From NCBI GenBank assembly GCA_038215615.1, contig JBBQQR010000006.1, positions 32,001 to 96,000 of the forward strand: a stretch of 64,000 nucleotides of DNA. The letters run 5' to 3'. Below the pieces are notes generated by a model that was not told the DNA's origin, made no database searches, and saw only the letters and a list, made by a program, of their open reading frames with translations. Source of the DNA: Vulcanimicrobiales bacterium. GTDB taxonomy: Bacteria; Vulcanimicrobiota; Vulcanimicrobiia; Vulcanimicrobiales; Vulcanimicrobiaceae. This document shows positions 16,746 through 28,100 of the stretch, in pieces. Position numbers and translations under genes: made by a program. Position 1 is the stretch's first letter. Each line of letters begins with the position of its first letter.

Positions 16746-19700
16746 CTGTACGGCGCGCGCGGCTTCCTGATACGCGCAGAGCAAATTCACCAGCGCCATC
16801 TGTTCGGGCGTCTTGCACGGCGATTCCAATAGGCGGGGGCTGCAGACGATAATGCTCGCGCATTGAGCGCGCGATATCGCGACGTTGAATCGGTTTTTAT
16901 CAAAAAGGAAGGCTGCGTCGCGCGGCAACGTCTGCGAACTCGAAGTCGCCATGCTGTAAATCACGACGGCCGCTTCTTGACCCTGGAATTTATCCACCGT
17001 GCCGACGCGCACGCTGCCGTGTCCCTCCGACTCCAGCAACTCTTTGATGCGGATCCGCTGCAAGTTGTACGGCGCGACGATCAGGATGTCGGCTTGCGTC
17101 ACCGGTCGCGGCGGAGCCGCGCCTATCGTCACGCTGCCCTGCAATAACCGGCTGACCGCGCCGGTAATCCAGGTGGCTTCCTCGTCGGACTTGCGGCCGT
17201 TGCCATCGTGTACCACCGGCGCGAACAGCGGTCCGGCGGCCGCAAAATCCGGTGCGTCGATCGAGTTGGGTTCGGTCGTAGGCGAGTTGTGAAGCCGGCC
17301 TTCGTAGATGTTCTCTGAAATAAAACCGGTTAACGCGGGGTTCAATCGATAGGTCGTATCCAAAAAGACGCCGCGGTCGGGCGGAATCGTGCGGTCGCCC
17401 GCAAGTAAATGCTCTAAGATCGAAAGATCGGTCCCGGCGGGATGCGTCCCCTTCGTCACTTGCGGGAGCTGCAGCGGATCGCCCAGCAGTACGACGTTTT
17501 TTCCAGCCAAGGACGCGATCAAGGCGTCGGCCAGCGAAACTTGCCCGGCCTCATCGATGAAGATGTAGTCGAACTCCCGCACGAGGCTCTCATCCGCCCA
17601 TGCGTACGTCGTGCCGGCGGCCAGCAGGCACAGCTCGGACGTGAGCGCGCCGAGGTCGTCCTGGCTCTCCATCATCGGCCAATCGGTCAGCGCTTCGTAC
17701 CTCGATCCTTCGGTTGTCGCGCTTTCTTTGTGGCAGCCGTGAAAGCGAAACTCCCGTTCTCTTGCGACTTCCTCGACTTTTCGCAGCAAGTTGTGCACGG
17801 CTTTGTGACTTTGCGCGGCTACGCCGACGCGTTTGCCGGCCTGCAGCAGGTCGACGATCGCGTAAGCTCCGGCAGTCGTCTTCCCCGAACCGGGCGGACC
17901 CTGCACGAAGAGCGCGCTCCGACCGAGATTTCCAATGACGCTGGAAACGGAAGCCGGTGTAACGAGCGCGGGTTGAATCGGGGCCGAGCTTTTGAGCGCC
18001 GGCGCGCGCGCGAAGAGCATCTGCAGGGTCGCCGGGTAATCGGCTTGTAGCGTCCCTGCGGCGTACCCTTGCGCGATCCGTTCCATAGCAGCGCGTTTCT
18101 TGTGTTGCGGAATCGGCGTGCCGGGGATGAGCGCGCGCAAGGCGGCCGGCTCGATCGCCTTGGTGAGTTTTATTTTCAGTTCGCGTTTCGCGCCGTCGAT
18201 GGAGACAATTTCGCCGGCCCCTTTTTGCGAGTACGGGTCGTGACAGCCTTTGAACGGGAGTCTGTGCTCCTGCGGCGGGAACGTGTAGGTGTAGACCAGA
18301 TTGCGATCTTCGGGACTGCGCTTGTATGGCTCGATCTCCACGCGCAACGTGAGATTTCCGAGCGCCTCGTCATCATATTCTTGCAGATCTTGCGGGTTCG
18401 CGCAGCGGTCGAAATATTTCCACCACTCGGGTTTGTGTTCGCGCCTGTGATACTGCAGCAGATTGCCCAGTAGCCACCGGGCGCGAAGCTCATCGCTCCA
18501 GCCGCGCAGCTCGGCGGCCGAGTCCGGAGCCGGAAGGCCCTCGAGAAAGCCTTTCTCGAGATCGGTTTGACTGGTTTCCTCCGCGGGTTTGACCACCGGC
18601 GCGCCCCGCCACTCGAGCGGCTCTTCACGACCGGTGTTGAGCTCGTCGCGGAGAACGCGCAGCCATTCCCGCAGCTGGAACGTGGAGCGGCAGTCGTCTT
18701 CGTTATAAGCGCGGATGTCTTCTAAGATGGCGTCGTCGGGCTGGTCGAGCCACGATTCGAACATGACGATCGACTCGTCGCCGCCCTTGACTTGCGTCTC
18801 GCGCTGCAGGCCGTAAAATGCCTCAACTTTTTTGATCGAGTAAGACGGCTGAGAGATCACCAAGCCTTGCCGCACCACCGGGTAGAGATCGACGAAGATG
18901 CCTTGCCGCAGGAAATCGTCAACCTCGCGTTCACGCGACCCGTAACGGCCCATGAGTCGCTTGAGAACGGAAATCTCGTACGAAGCGTAATGGTAGACGT
19001 GCGCGTCCGGGTATTCTTCGCGACGCCGCACGACGAAATCGACAAACGCTTCAAAGGCCGCGCGTTCGAGTGCCGGATCGGTTCCCCAAAAGGCCTGATA
19101 CGTGTCTTCGGCCGGGAGATAGAACCCCCAGAGATATTCCAGGCCGCGGTCGGCGCGGTACAGCGGGTCGCCTTCGATATCGAAGAAGATGTCGCCGGGA
19201 TCGGGTTTGGGGAGCTTCGCGAACCCGCCAAGCTCGTCGCACGGGCGGAACTTGTAAAAGTGTTCGCCTTCCCCGTTTGCGCGGGACGTGCGGTGCAGAT
19301 GCTGCTGCTGCGCCTGATCTTTCAGTCGCTCGAACGCAGCTGCCGACATCTTGTTCGGCTTCTCGACGGCGGTAGCCAGTTGTGCGAGCGTATGGATTCC
19401 GCTCTTTTCGAGCTTGGCGATCTGATCGCGCCGGATGCCCGCGACCAAACTCAAGTGGTCGTCGTCATCGCGTCGCTTCGTGCACTGAGCGCTCCATGGA
19501 CAGATAACGCAGTGAGCGCATTCGAACGGGTAGACGTCGCCGCCGGTCTTGACGCTTTCCAAGAACGATTGTTTCAAGTGCCGGTAATACGCCGCAAAGT
19601 CGGCTAAGAGAAACGGTGCATCCTCGCCGCTCCCGAGCACGATGTGTCCGAACTTCGGGGCGGTGCCTTGCACGCGCTCGACGTGCTCGCTGTAATTACA

Positions 19701-20159
19701 GAGCTGAATGAGGAAATACGGTTTGGGATGCAGCGCGAGCTTCGTGTCGATGACTTCGTAGCTCCAGTCCCAGTGTGCCGATTTCGTCTCGGTGCGCCGC
19801 AAGAAATCCGCGTGGCCCACGAATGTGCCGTCGAAAAATGTGGCCTGGTAGATGTAGCGGACGCCTTGCTCCATGGCGCGTACCGTCCGGGCTTCGGCTT
19901 CGCGCAAGCCGGCGATCGTCTGTTCGGGGGGACGATCGAATATCTCGACCTCCGCTTGGAGTTCGGTCAGACGCCGTAGGTAATGCCGCTCGTGTTCCTC
20001 ACCCTTGCGGGCGATGAGCGCGGTCATGGGGTCGACTTGTGCCGGGCGCTCTTTCTGCCCCAGCGCGACCAGGCGGTCTAGCTCGGTGAGATGGCGGCAC
20101 TCCAGAAAGTTGTTGAGGTCGGAAGCCGAGTAGACGGGGGCGCGATCGATGCGCTGCAT
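16677..20159 (-). CDS. TM0106-family RecB-like nuclease + RNase H-like + SF1 (DNA2/NAM7-like) helicase fusion
   Basis: HADFL..YEVIDTKL..QLCNY (PD-(D/E)xK nuclease), FFDIEGD, GPPGSGKT, DEAGQ, GDPLQL, TVDKFQGQE, RFNVAISRA. Confidence 0.92.
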   Translation of the reverse strand: MQRIDRAPVYSASDLNNFLECRHLTELDRLVALGQKERPAQVDPMTALIARKGEEHERHYLRRLTELQAEVEIFDRPPEQTIAGLREAEARTVRAMEQGVRYIYQATFFDGTFVGHADFLRRTETKSAHWDWSYEVIDTKLALHPKPYFLIQLCNYSEHVERVQGTAPKFGHIVLGSGEDAPFLLADFAAYYRHLKQSFLESVKTGGDVYPFECAHCVICPWSAQCTKRRDDDDHLSLVAGIRRDQIAKLEKSGIHTLAQLATAVEKPNKMSAAAFERLKDQAQQQHLHRTSRANGEGEHFYKFRPCDELGGFAKLPKPDPGDIFFDIEGDPLYRADRGLEYLWGFYLPAEDTYQAFWGTDPALERAAFEAFVDFVVRRREEYPDAHVYHYASYEISVLKRLMGRYGSREREVDDFLRQGIFVDLYPVVRQGLVISQPSYSIKKVEAFYGLQRETQVKGGDESIVMFESWLDQPDDAILEDIRAYNEDDCRSTFQLREWLRVLRDELNTGREEPLEWRGAPVVKPAEETSQTDLEKGFLEGLPAPDSAAELRGWSDELRARWLLGNLLQYHRREHKPEWWKYFDRCANPQDLQEYDDEALGNLTLRVEIEPYKRSPEDRNLVYTYTFPPQEHRLPFKGCHDPYSQKGAGEIVSIDGAKRELKIKLTKAIEPAALRALIPGTPIPQHKKRAAMERIAQGYAAGTLQADYPATLQMLFARAPALKSSAPIQPALVTPASVSSVIGNLGRSALFVQGPPGSGKTTAGAYAIVDLLQAGKRVGVAAQSHKAVHNLLRKVEEVAREREFRFHGCHKESATTEGSRYEALTDWPMMESQDDLGALTSELCLLAAGTTYAWADESLVREFDYIFIDEAGQVSLADALIASLAGKNVVLLGDPLQLPQVTKGTHPAGTDLSILEHLLAGDRTIPPDRGVFLDTTYRLNPALTGFISENIYEGRLHNSPTTEPNSIDAPDFAAAGPLFAPVVHDGNGRKSDEEATWITGAVSRLLQGSVTIGAAPPRPVTQADILIVAPYNLQRIRIKELLESEGHGSVRVGTVDKFQGQEAAVVIYSMATSSSQTLPRDAAFLFDKNRFNVAISRAQCASIIVCSPRLLESPCKTPEQMALVNLLCAYQEAARAVQLTPAAAAVNEPAKEIAKKFQPK

Positions 20160-20200
20160 GGTTCGAGCTTACCGTGGCATTGTGCCATACGCCTGGCACA
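20160..20200 (-). promoter_or_regulatory. Palindrome TGTGCCA-N6-TGGCACA plus -10 box TAAGCT, leaderless start
   Basis: Minus strand reads GTGCCA-ggcgta-TGGCAC-N10-TAAGCT-cgaacc-ATG; no SD. Confidence 0.7.
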
Positions 20201-20228
20201 CGGGAGCTAAGGATGCGCGAAGAACAGC

Positions 20229-21086
20229 TTAGATCGGATGGGGCTTGCGGTCGGCGAGTCGCAGGCGGCGCCGCAACTCTTGGCTCGGGACTCGAACGCG
20301 ATCTGCCAGCCGGACCAGCCAGAGTAAGCGGATCGTCCACCAGGTCATATCGACCTCGTACCAAGCCATGCCATGGCGAGCCGAGTACGGAAATGCGTGA
20401 TGGTTGTTGTGCCAGCCCTCGCCGAAAGAGAGGAGGGCGACCCACCAAGAGTTGGTCGAGCGATCGCTCGTTTTGTAGGTCCGGTACCCGAACATATGCG
20501 TGGCGCTGTTGACCAGCCAGGTCGAGTGGTAGGCGAAAACCAGGCGTCCGAAGATGGCCCACACGACGAACGGCCAGCCTCCAAGCGCGAACATGATACC
20601 CGCGAACGCGAGTTGGATCGGAAAATTCAACCGGTAGAGCGCGCGGTAGAAAGGATCGCTCCACAAGTCCGGACAGTACTTCTGAAACTCCGGAATCGTG
20701 CGCGGCACGTCAGGATTCGGTTTGAAGATCCACTCGATGTGCGCCCAGCTGAAGCCGCGGCGAACGTCGTGCGGATCGCCGTTCTGATCGGCATGGGCGT
20801 GGTGCCGGCGGTGCGTCGCCACCCACGAAATCGGGTCGCCTTGCATAGCCAGCAATCCCATGATCGCCGTTGCGTATTCGACCGGCTTGACCAAGCGGAC
20901 GCTGCGGTGCGTCAACGTGCGATGGTAGCAAAGTGTCACGCCTAGCGCGCCCGTCGCGTATGCGACGCATGCTGCGGCGATAATCGCCGGCCAGGTGAAG
21001 AACAGCGGCACAAAAACTGCCAGGGCGCAGAGGTGAATGATTAAAAGGCCTATGCCGTTTGGCCAGTTTGGACGCGCGTCTACCAT
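20229..21086 (-). CDS. Delta-9-type fatty acid (acyl-CoA/acyl-lipid) desaturase
   Basis: Three His boxes HRTLTH, HRRHH and GEGWHNNHH; TM segments. Confidence 0.95.
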   Translation of the reverse strand: MVDARPNWPNGIGLLIIHLCALAVFVPLFFTWPAIIAAACVAYATGALGVTLCYHRTLTHRSVRLVKPVEYATAIMGLLAMQGDPISWVATHRRHHAHADQNGDPHDVRRGFSWAHIEWIFKPNPDVPRTIPEFQKYCPDLWSDPFYRALYRLNFPIQLAFAGIMFALGGWPFVVWAIFGRLVFAYHSTWLVNSATHMFGYRTYKTSDRSTNSWWVALLSFGEGWHNNHHAFPYSARHGMAWYEVDMTWWTIRLLWLVRLADRVRVPSQELRRRLRLADRKPHPI

Positions 21087-21128
21087 TTACAGAGCTTTCC
21101 CAATCCAGCTTCGCTTGAAGCGTGCCGG

Positions 21129-21563
21129 TCAGACTAATCCGGCACGGATGGCGTGTACGGCGACTTGAGTGCGCGCCGTCAGACTCATCTTCGCCAAGAC
21201 GTGCGAAATATGATTCTTCACGGTTTTGTCGCTGAGTTTGAGCCGGCTGGATATTTCCTTGTTCGAAAGCCCTTCGGCAACCAAGCGAACGACGTCTAGT
21301 TCGCGATCCGACAATGTTGAAAATGCACGGACGGCGGGCCCTGAAACTGCTTTCAGCGGCGGGGGTAACGCGTCGGGCGCCATTCGTCTGAGCGTATCGA
21401 TGGCCTCGGCGATGGTCATCGCCCGCAGCGTGGCTGCGAGCGAGGAAGTCTCACCTAGGTCGTCGATTTGGCGGTCCAGCTCGAGCAACCGGCCGAGGGT
21501 CCCGGAAATAGTGGGGTCTGGGCCGGAAAAGACTTCTCCGGCAGCTTCTTGAGAAACAGCCAT
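21129..21563 (-). CDS. LuxR-type HTH transcriptional regulator lacking a receiver domain
   Basis: LSDRELDVVRLVAEGLSNKEIS..L.LSDKTVKNHISHVLAKM. Confidence 0.9.
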   Translation of the reverse strand: MAVSQEAAGEVFSGPDPTISGTLGRLLELDRQIDDLGETSSLAATLRAMTIAEAIDTLRRMAPDALPPPLKAVSGPAVRAFSTLSDRELDVVRLVAEGLSNKEISSRLKLSDKTVKNHISHVLAKMSLTARTQVAVHAIRAGLV

Positions 21564-21609
21564 ATCCGAACAGGGTACCCGGCAGGCTTGTCCTGGGCCT
21601 TACGGACTA

Positions 21610-21638
21610 TAACAAGCTCCTTACAAAGTGCTTACAAG
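21610..21638. promoter_or_regulatory. Three direct heptamer repeats with 11-bp period (candidate SARP/OmpR-type binding site)
   Basis: TAACAAG-ctcc-TTACAAA-gtgc-TTACAAG in the divergent intergenic region. Confidence 0.55.
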
Positions 21639-21690
21639 AAAGGCCCCGTCCGAGGAGTCCGGGGCGGTCCGCCGTCGTAATGAGAGCGCG

Positions 21691-24561
21691 ATGGGGGCCG
21701 GTGTGAAGCCTGCCGGACTGGAGATCCGGCGCGACGCTCTGCTTGACCGGCTTGAGAGGGCCCGGCCGAAGATTTCGGCCTTGCTCGCCCCGGCAGGTTT
21801 CGGAAAATCGACGCTGGCTCGCCAGCTTCTCGCGGGCAAGACGAACGCGGCCATTTGCGACGCCAGCGAGGTTTCGGGCGAACTGGAGCTCGCGCGCCGG
21901 CTTATCCCCGCCCTGGCCGCCGAGAATCCGAAGCGTACGCAGACCCTTACCCAACGCGAGCTCATGATGGGCGACGCGGGGACGGCCGTCGCCGACCGCG
22001 TGAACCTCGCGCTGGAAGCGTGGAAGGAACCGATCGAAGACTCGACCTTCGTATTTGAAAATGCCGAACATTTGGTGCGCGATCCCGCAGCGCGTGATTT
22101 TTTTAGCCGCCTATTAGCCCAACGCCCGCCCGGTCGCGACGTCGTCATCTGTTCGCGCGAAAATCTGCGCGTGCATCTGACGAGGTTCGCGCCGCCGCAC
22201 GAGATCGTGACGTTGCGAGCCGAAGACTTGGCGCTCGATCGATCCGAGCTCGGCGACCTCTTCGAACCCTACAGTGACCGACCCGGATTCGTCGCGCGGA
22301 TCATGCAGCTCTCGCAAGGCTGGCCGATCGCGGTTTTTCTGCTCCGCCGGTTTGCCGGCGAAGGCCGGATCGACAGTTTGCTCGAGAGTTTGAATGACGT
22401 CGCGTTCGAAGAGCTGCACGACTATCTTGCGGATCAGGTGCTCGCTTCACTCGATCCGCCGCTGGTCGATGCGCTCTTCGCGTGCGCGTGCATCCCCAAC
22501 GCTCGCGTTGCCGACTTGCGTGCCGCACTCCCCAAAGAGCAAGCGGTCGTCGCGCTCCAAGAGTTTGCAAAAGGATCGCCGTTCATCACGCGTTCGGATG
22601 AGGCGTTCGTTCTGCATCCGCTGCTCAGCTCGTTGTTGACGGAGCGCCGGGGAGACGAGCGCGCGGATCTGTTGGCGCGGGTCGCCGGGGCTCATACCCA
22701 AGCCAAACGTTATCAGCGCGCCGCCGAGCTGCACTTGGCGCGGGATGATCAAGAAGCGGCGGCCGAAGTGCTGGCGCGCCACGAAGTGATCCGTGACCGC
22801 GCCCCATCGATGGAGTATGCGCGCGTCTTGGCGTCGCTCGACCATTCCCAGGTTCACCGCTACCCGCGGCTCTGGGCCGTGACCGCGATGTTGCGCATGT
22901 TCTGCATTGATTGCGAAGAACTGCTCGACGAAGCCGAATCGCTTTGGCGGACGCTCTCGCCCGAGGTAAGTGCCTCCGAGCGCGGTTACGTTTTGCTGTT
23001 CCGCATCATGCTCATGAGTTACATCGGCTTAATCGACGATGCTGAGAAGATGCTTGCGGAATTTCTATCCGGCCCGCGCGCAGCGGTTCAAAGCAAGGAC
23101 TACGTGGAAGCATACCTTGGATACGTCCTAGGCGTCATGCGATCGCGTGTGGGCCGCCTGGAACAAGCCGAGCGCGATTTAACCATTGCGCTTCCCAAAA
23201 TAGGCAGCACGGATATCGCCGGTTCGGGAGCGCTCCTGACGCTAGGCGCCGATATCGCGCGAGTGCGCGGCGAATTTGCCGTGGCGCGGCAATTTATCGA
23301 CCGCGCGCTGGAAAGCGCGCGCCGCTCGGGTCTATGGAACTTCATCGCGTTCGATTTGGCGGAAGCGTGTTTCGGAGCTTGGTTTGCCGGCGACGACGCG
23401 GCGTTCGTCCGGTACGGCATAGAACTCGACGACGTCGTCCACCGCAACGGTATTCGGTGCATCTCATTTTTTGCGGCGGCCGCACGCGGGCGGGCCGAAG
23501 AGCCGGCGGATGCCGACTTACTTAAATTCGTCGCTTGCGGGCGGATGATCGCGGCCGCCGCTTCGCACGACCGCAGAACGGCCGTTCGTCAGGCGCGCGC
23601 GGCCGTTACCGCCGCACAGCGGCTTCGCTCGCCGTTTACGCTTTGTTTGGCTTTCTTAACGCTGGCGGCTTACGACGACGCAAACACAGCGGAGCATTTT
23701 GAAAGAGCGGTTGAAGCGGCGGCGCGATGCGACTCGCCGCCATTGCACAATGCCGTTCGTGCCGTGGCCGAAGGCCGCGCCGACTACGGAATGCTCAATC
23801 CGTTCATGATGCGGCTGCAGCATGAACGAACGGGAACGGCGCCGCTGCTGGAGGTCGTACTCACGGCCGGCGTTGCGCGCGCGGCCGGAGAAGAAGTGGC
23901 GCTATCGGAACGAGAGTTTGCGCTGCTGGCGGCGCTCTCGATTCGCCGCGAGACCGTCCCGCGAGCGCGCCTAACCGATCTTCTGTGGCCGGAACTGGAT
24001 GAACGCGCGGCGCGGAATGCGCTCAGCGTTTGTCTACACCGTCTGCGGTTGCATCTGCGCATCGATCAGAGTGTCATACGCAAGAAGGACGGATACGCAC
24101 TGCACGACGACGTACGCGTCGATCTCTGGGAGATCGATCGCACGGTGACAGCCTTGCGATCGCGAACCGCGCTGGGGGACAGCGAGCGGGCACTCTTTTC
24201 CGGCATCTACGAACAGTTACGGCGCAAAAGACCCGAGCGGATGCTTCAGTGGGACTGGTTCGAACCGACTGAACGGCATATTCGCGAACTGCGCTTGGAA
24301 GTGGCGCACCGGCTTGCGGGGGATGCCCTAAGCCACGGACAAGTGCACCACGCGCTTGAGCTTGCCGAAGAAATGATCGGCTACGATCCTTGCGATGAGG
24401 CGGGCCGCGAGCTTGCAATCACCGCGCACTTGCGTCGCGGAGATCGGGCCGCCGCAATGCGCCAGTACCGGCAATACCGCGAGACGCTTCTCGCCGAATT
24501 GCAGTGCGAGCCGTCCGATGAAATCAAGGAACTCGTCGGCCTTGCGCAACACACGGCGTAG
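21691..24561 (+). CDS. MalT-like STAND ATPase regulator with C-terminal winged-helix + BTAD (SARP-like) module
   Basis: APAGFGKS P-loop, SQGWP, helical repeats, LLWPE..ARNALSVCLHRLR, DPCDE..RGDRAAAMRQY..L.AELQCEPS. Start is 21691 or 21703. Confidence 0.88.
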   Translation: MGAGVKPAGLEIRRDALLDRLERARPKISALLAPAGFGKSTLARQLLAGKTNAAICDASEVSGELELARRLIPALAAENPKRTQTLTQRELMMGDAGTAVADRVNLALEAWKEPIEDSTFVFENAEHLVRDPAARDFFSRLLAQRPPGRDVVICSRENLRVHLTRFAPPHEIVTLRAEDLALDRSELGDLFEPYSDRPGFVARIMQLSQGWPIAVFLLRRFAGEGRIDSLLESLNDVAFEELHDYLADQVLASLDPPLVDALFACACIPNARVADLRAALPKEQAVVALQEFAKGSPFITRSDEAFVLHPLLSSLLTERRGDERADLLARVAGAHTQAKRYQRAAELHLARDDQEAAAEVLARHEVIRDRAPSMEYARVLASLDHSQVHRYPRLWAVTAMLRMFCIDCEELLDEAESLWRTLSPEVSASERGYVLLFRIMLMSYIGLIDDAEKMLAEFLSGPRAAVQSKDYVEAYLGYVLGVMRSRVGRLEQAERDLTIALPKIGSTDIAGSGALLTLGADIARVRGEFAVARQFIDRALESARRSGLWNFIAFDLAEACFGAWFAGDDAAFVRYGIELDDVVHRNGIRCISFFAAAARGRAEEPADADLLKFVACGRMIAAAASHDRRTAVRQARAAVTAAQRLRSPFTLCLAFLTLAAYDDANTAEHFERAVEAAARCDSPPLHNAVRAVAEGRADYGMLNPFMMRLQHERTGTAPLLEVVLTAGVARAAGEEVALSEREFALLAALSIRRETVPRARLTDLLWPELDERAARNALSVCLHRLRLHLRIDQSVIRKKDGYALHDDVRVDLWEIDRTVTALRSRTALGDSERALFSGIYEQLRRKRPERMLQWDWFEPTERHIRELRLEVAHRLAGDALSHGQVHHALELAEEMIGYDPCDEAGRELAITAHLRRGDRAAAMRQYRQYRETLLAELQCEPSDEIKELVGLAQHTA

Positions 24562-24567
24562 CCTAAA

Positions 24568-25170
24568 ATGATCGCAATCATCTTGGCCGCGCTGACTGTG
24601 AAGCAGTCTCCGTCTCGACAACCATCCCCGGTCCGGCAGTACGACGTGCTCGTCTCCGCCGGTCACGAGGGCCGCCCAACGAGCTGCGCGCGGTTCCCGA
24701 AACGTCGTTGTAACTTAGGAGCTGCGGGCGAGCGGCAGTGGACTCCGATCGTCGCCGACGAAACCGCCCGCTCTCTGCGCGCCTCGGGATTCAGCGTCGC
24801 TCGCGAGCCGGCGGATTTCGATGGCTCCTTCAATGTCAAGGCTGCTGTGTTTATCCATTTCGATGGCAGCGATCGCCCGTGCTCGACGGGTGCATCCATC
24901 GGCTACCACGACAGCGGATCGAGCGCTGCGGCCAAGCTTTGGCGCGACATGTATTCGCGGTATTTTCCGTTCACGTTTATGGCAGATAACTTTACGGACA
25001 ATTTGCGCGACTACTACGGGTTCCGGCAAGTGCATGCGGCCGCCGGCGCGCTGGTGATCGAGCTAGGCGAAGTCTCGTGTCCGGCGCAGCGGCAGTGGCT
25101 GGCGGCGCGGCTGAAGCCGGCTGCGGACTTCATCGCGGACTTCATAAGGGAGCTGATCGCCAAGAAGTGA
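24568..25170 (+). CDS. Secreted N-acetylmuramoyl-L-alanine amidase (Amidase_3-like)
   Basis: SAGHEG, GER, IHFDG and IELG zinc/catalytic motifs; hydrophobic N-terminus. Confidence 0.75.
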   Translation: MIAIILAALTVKQSPSRQPSPVRQYDVLVSAGHEGRPTSCARFPKRRCNLGAAGERQWTPIVADETARSLRASGFSVAREPADFDGSFNVKAAVFIHFDGSDRPCSTGASIGYHDSGSSAAAKLWRDMYSRYFPFTFMADNFTDNLRDYYGFRQVHAAAGALVIELGEVSCPAQRQWLAARLKPAADFIADFIRELIAKK

Positions 25171-25199
25171 ATGCAACAACGCGCGGCTAAAGCGCCCGT

Positions 25200-28100
25200 A
25201 TGCGCCGATTGCTTCTTGCGTTTGCCCTACTAGCCGCGACACCGCAGCCTTCCCCTACTCCCGGGTTCTTCGATCAGATGCGTTTTCGCAGCGTCGGTCC
25301 GGCCGTTTCAGGCGGACGTCTGGGCGCCGTAGCGGGAACTGACGCCGACCCATCGCTCTACTATGTAGGCGCGGCCGGGGGCGGGGTCTGGCGCAGCACG
25401 AACGGCGGTCAGACGTTTTCGCCCGTTTTCGATTCGCAGCGCATCGGTTCGATCGGCGCGGTTGCAATCGATCCGCGCGATACGAAGATCGTTTGGGTGG
25501 GCACCGGAGAAGGCGCGCCGCGCAACGATGTTTCGCAAGGCGACGGCGTCTACCGCAGCGCGGACGGCGGCAGGACGTGGAGCCACGTCTTAGTTTTGGG
25601 AAATGCGCTTGTCGCGGCGATCCTTGTCGATCCGCGCGATTCCAATACGGTGCTCGTTGGGGTTCTGGGCGATCCGTTTGCGGACAACGAGGCGCGCGGA
25701 ATGTACCGCACTTCCGACGGCGGAAAAACTTGGCAGAAAACGTTGTACGTAGACGCGCGCACCGGCGCATCGGATATTGCAGCGTCCGTCAAAGAGCCTG
25801 GCGTTGTATACGGCGGAATGTGGCCGTACCGGCGAACCGGATGGAGTTCGGAGAGCGGCGGAACGCAAGGCGGGCTCTACAAATCTTCCGACTTCGGCGC
25901 AACCTGGCAAAAACTGACCGGCAATGGATTGCCGGAGGGTGAGACAGGACGTATAGGCGTCGCGGTGGCGCCGTCGGATCCGCAGCGCGTTTACGCGCTG
26001 ATCGAATCGAAGCAAGGTTTGCTTTGGCGCAGCGATGACGGCGGCGCGACTTGGAAACTCACGAGTTCGAACACGCTCATCAATGAGAGGCCTTTCTACT
26101 ACACCCACGTGTTTGTCGATCCGACCAACGAAAATCATCTTTGGGCGCTTTCCGTTCACGTGGCAGCGAGCAGCGATGGCGGCAAGACGTGGAGATTGGG
26201 AGCGCGCGGCGTGCACGGCGATAATCACGCGATGTGGATATCAAAGGACGCCAAACGCATCATTGAAGGTAATGACGGCGGCCCTTCGTTTTCATATGAC
26301 GATGGCACAACGTGGCAGATGCCGCACAATTTGGCAATCGCGCAACTCTACCACATCGGGTTCGACCGGCAGAATCCCTATCACGTGTGCGCTCCGCTGC
26401 AAGATAACGGCGTGTGGTGCGCGCCCAACGACGGGTTAAGCGGCGGCATCAGCTCGAGCCAGTGGCAGAGTATGGGAGGCGGCGACGGCACCTGGGTCGT
26501 TCCCGATCCGCTCCAGCCGAAAGTCGTGTGGCTGACGAGCGGTGGCGGCAATTTCGCCGGGGAAATCAGCGTCATCGATACGCGGACCAACGAGATTCGC
26601 ACCGTATCGCCGTTTCTGCACGATCAAAACGTTGTCGATCCGCGCAATCTAAAGTACCGCTTTAATTGGGAGACGCCGATTGCGTTCGATCCGTTCGATC
26701 CGCATACAGTCTACACGGCCGGCGACGTCGTGTTTAAGACGCGCGACGCCGGGCAGCACTGGCAGGCAATAAGCCCAGACTTGACCCGGAACGCCCGCAG
26801 CCACGAAACCCTTAGCGGCGGCATTACGCTCGACGGCACGGGAGCCGAAACGTCGGAGACCATCCTTTATATAGAGCCTTCTCGCGTGAAGCGCGGACTG
26901 CTGTGGATTGGGACCGACGACGGCTATGTTCAGCTGACGCAAGACGGCGGGAAGAGCTGGCGCAACGTTACGCCGACGGGCTTGCCTCCATTCGGACGAT
27001 TTGCGAGTCTTTCGGCGTCTGTGCATAATGCCGGAGTTCTGTATGCGGTCTACGATCTGCATATGGTGGGCGACCGTGCGCCGCACGTCTTCGTAACCGC
27101 AGATTACGGGCGGCACTGGCGCGACATCGCGGCCAACTTGCCTGCCGGGCAGGAAGTGCGCAGCGTTCGTGCCGATCCGCGAAATGCGCAACTCGTGTAC
27201 GCAGGACTGGAAAATAGCCTGTGGGCCACGTTCGATGGCGGCGCGCACTGGCGCGATATCAACCTCAATCTTCCGCCGAGCTCGGTGCGCGACATTGCCG
27301 TGCAGCCGGATCGCAACGACTTGCTGCTGGCAACGCACGGGCGCAGTGTTTGGATACTGGACGATATCTCGCCGCTTCAGAACCTTCGGACAGCGCAAAG
27401 CGCGGCTTCGGGCGTTTATCTTTTTCCGTCACGGCCTGCCACTCTGTGGAACGAGCACAGCTATTTTGGAACGCGTACCGATGGCGCGGGGCCTCCGTAC
27501 GGAACGATCGTCACATATTATTTGAAACGTCCGGCTGCGTTTGCTCCCACGGCGGAAATCATCGACTCGTCCGGACGCATCGTGCGCCATTTCAAGGCGA
27601 AAGATCTCTCCAATCAAGCCGGCTTGAATCGCTTTTCGTGGGATATCGCCGAAGACGCGCCGCCCATCTGGAAGTTCACGCCCACATGGAACCAAGGCGG
27701 CGCCTTCAGCCAAGAGAGCGTCACGGTCTTGCCCGGCAGGTACACACTCGTTCTGCACGCCGGTGTGCCGCTGCGACGGCCGATTGTTGTTGAACAGGAC
27801 CCGCGGACGCGATATCCCGCCGCGCAGTTACGCCAAAACTACGTCGCAATGAGTGAGGTCTTCGACGATTTCGGACGCGTGAACGTCGCGCTCAATGTGC
27901 TCTCTACGGTTTTAAATGAGGCACCCTTCCGCACGGCTGCGCTCAACCAAGCGCAGAACGGAACGCTTGCGTTGCAGGTTGCAGCAGTAGCCTCACAAGC
28001 CAGGCTCTTGTTGCTTTCGATCACGCAGAACCCCGTCAACGATCAGGACGACGATTTTTTCACCGACGTTTTGCGCGAACGCTTGCAAACGCAAATGGGC

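Noticed and set aside
16677..20159. Nuclease-helicase as a Cas4/CRISPR or defence-island component
   Set aside because: No repeat-spacer array, cas genes or other defence genes nearby; matches the widespread TM0106 architecture
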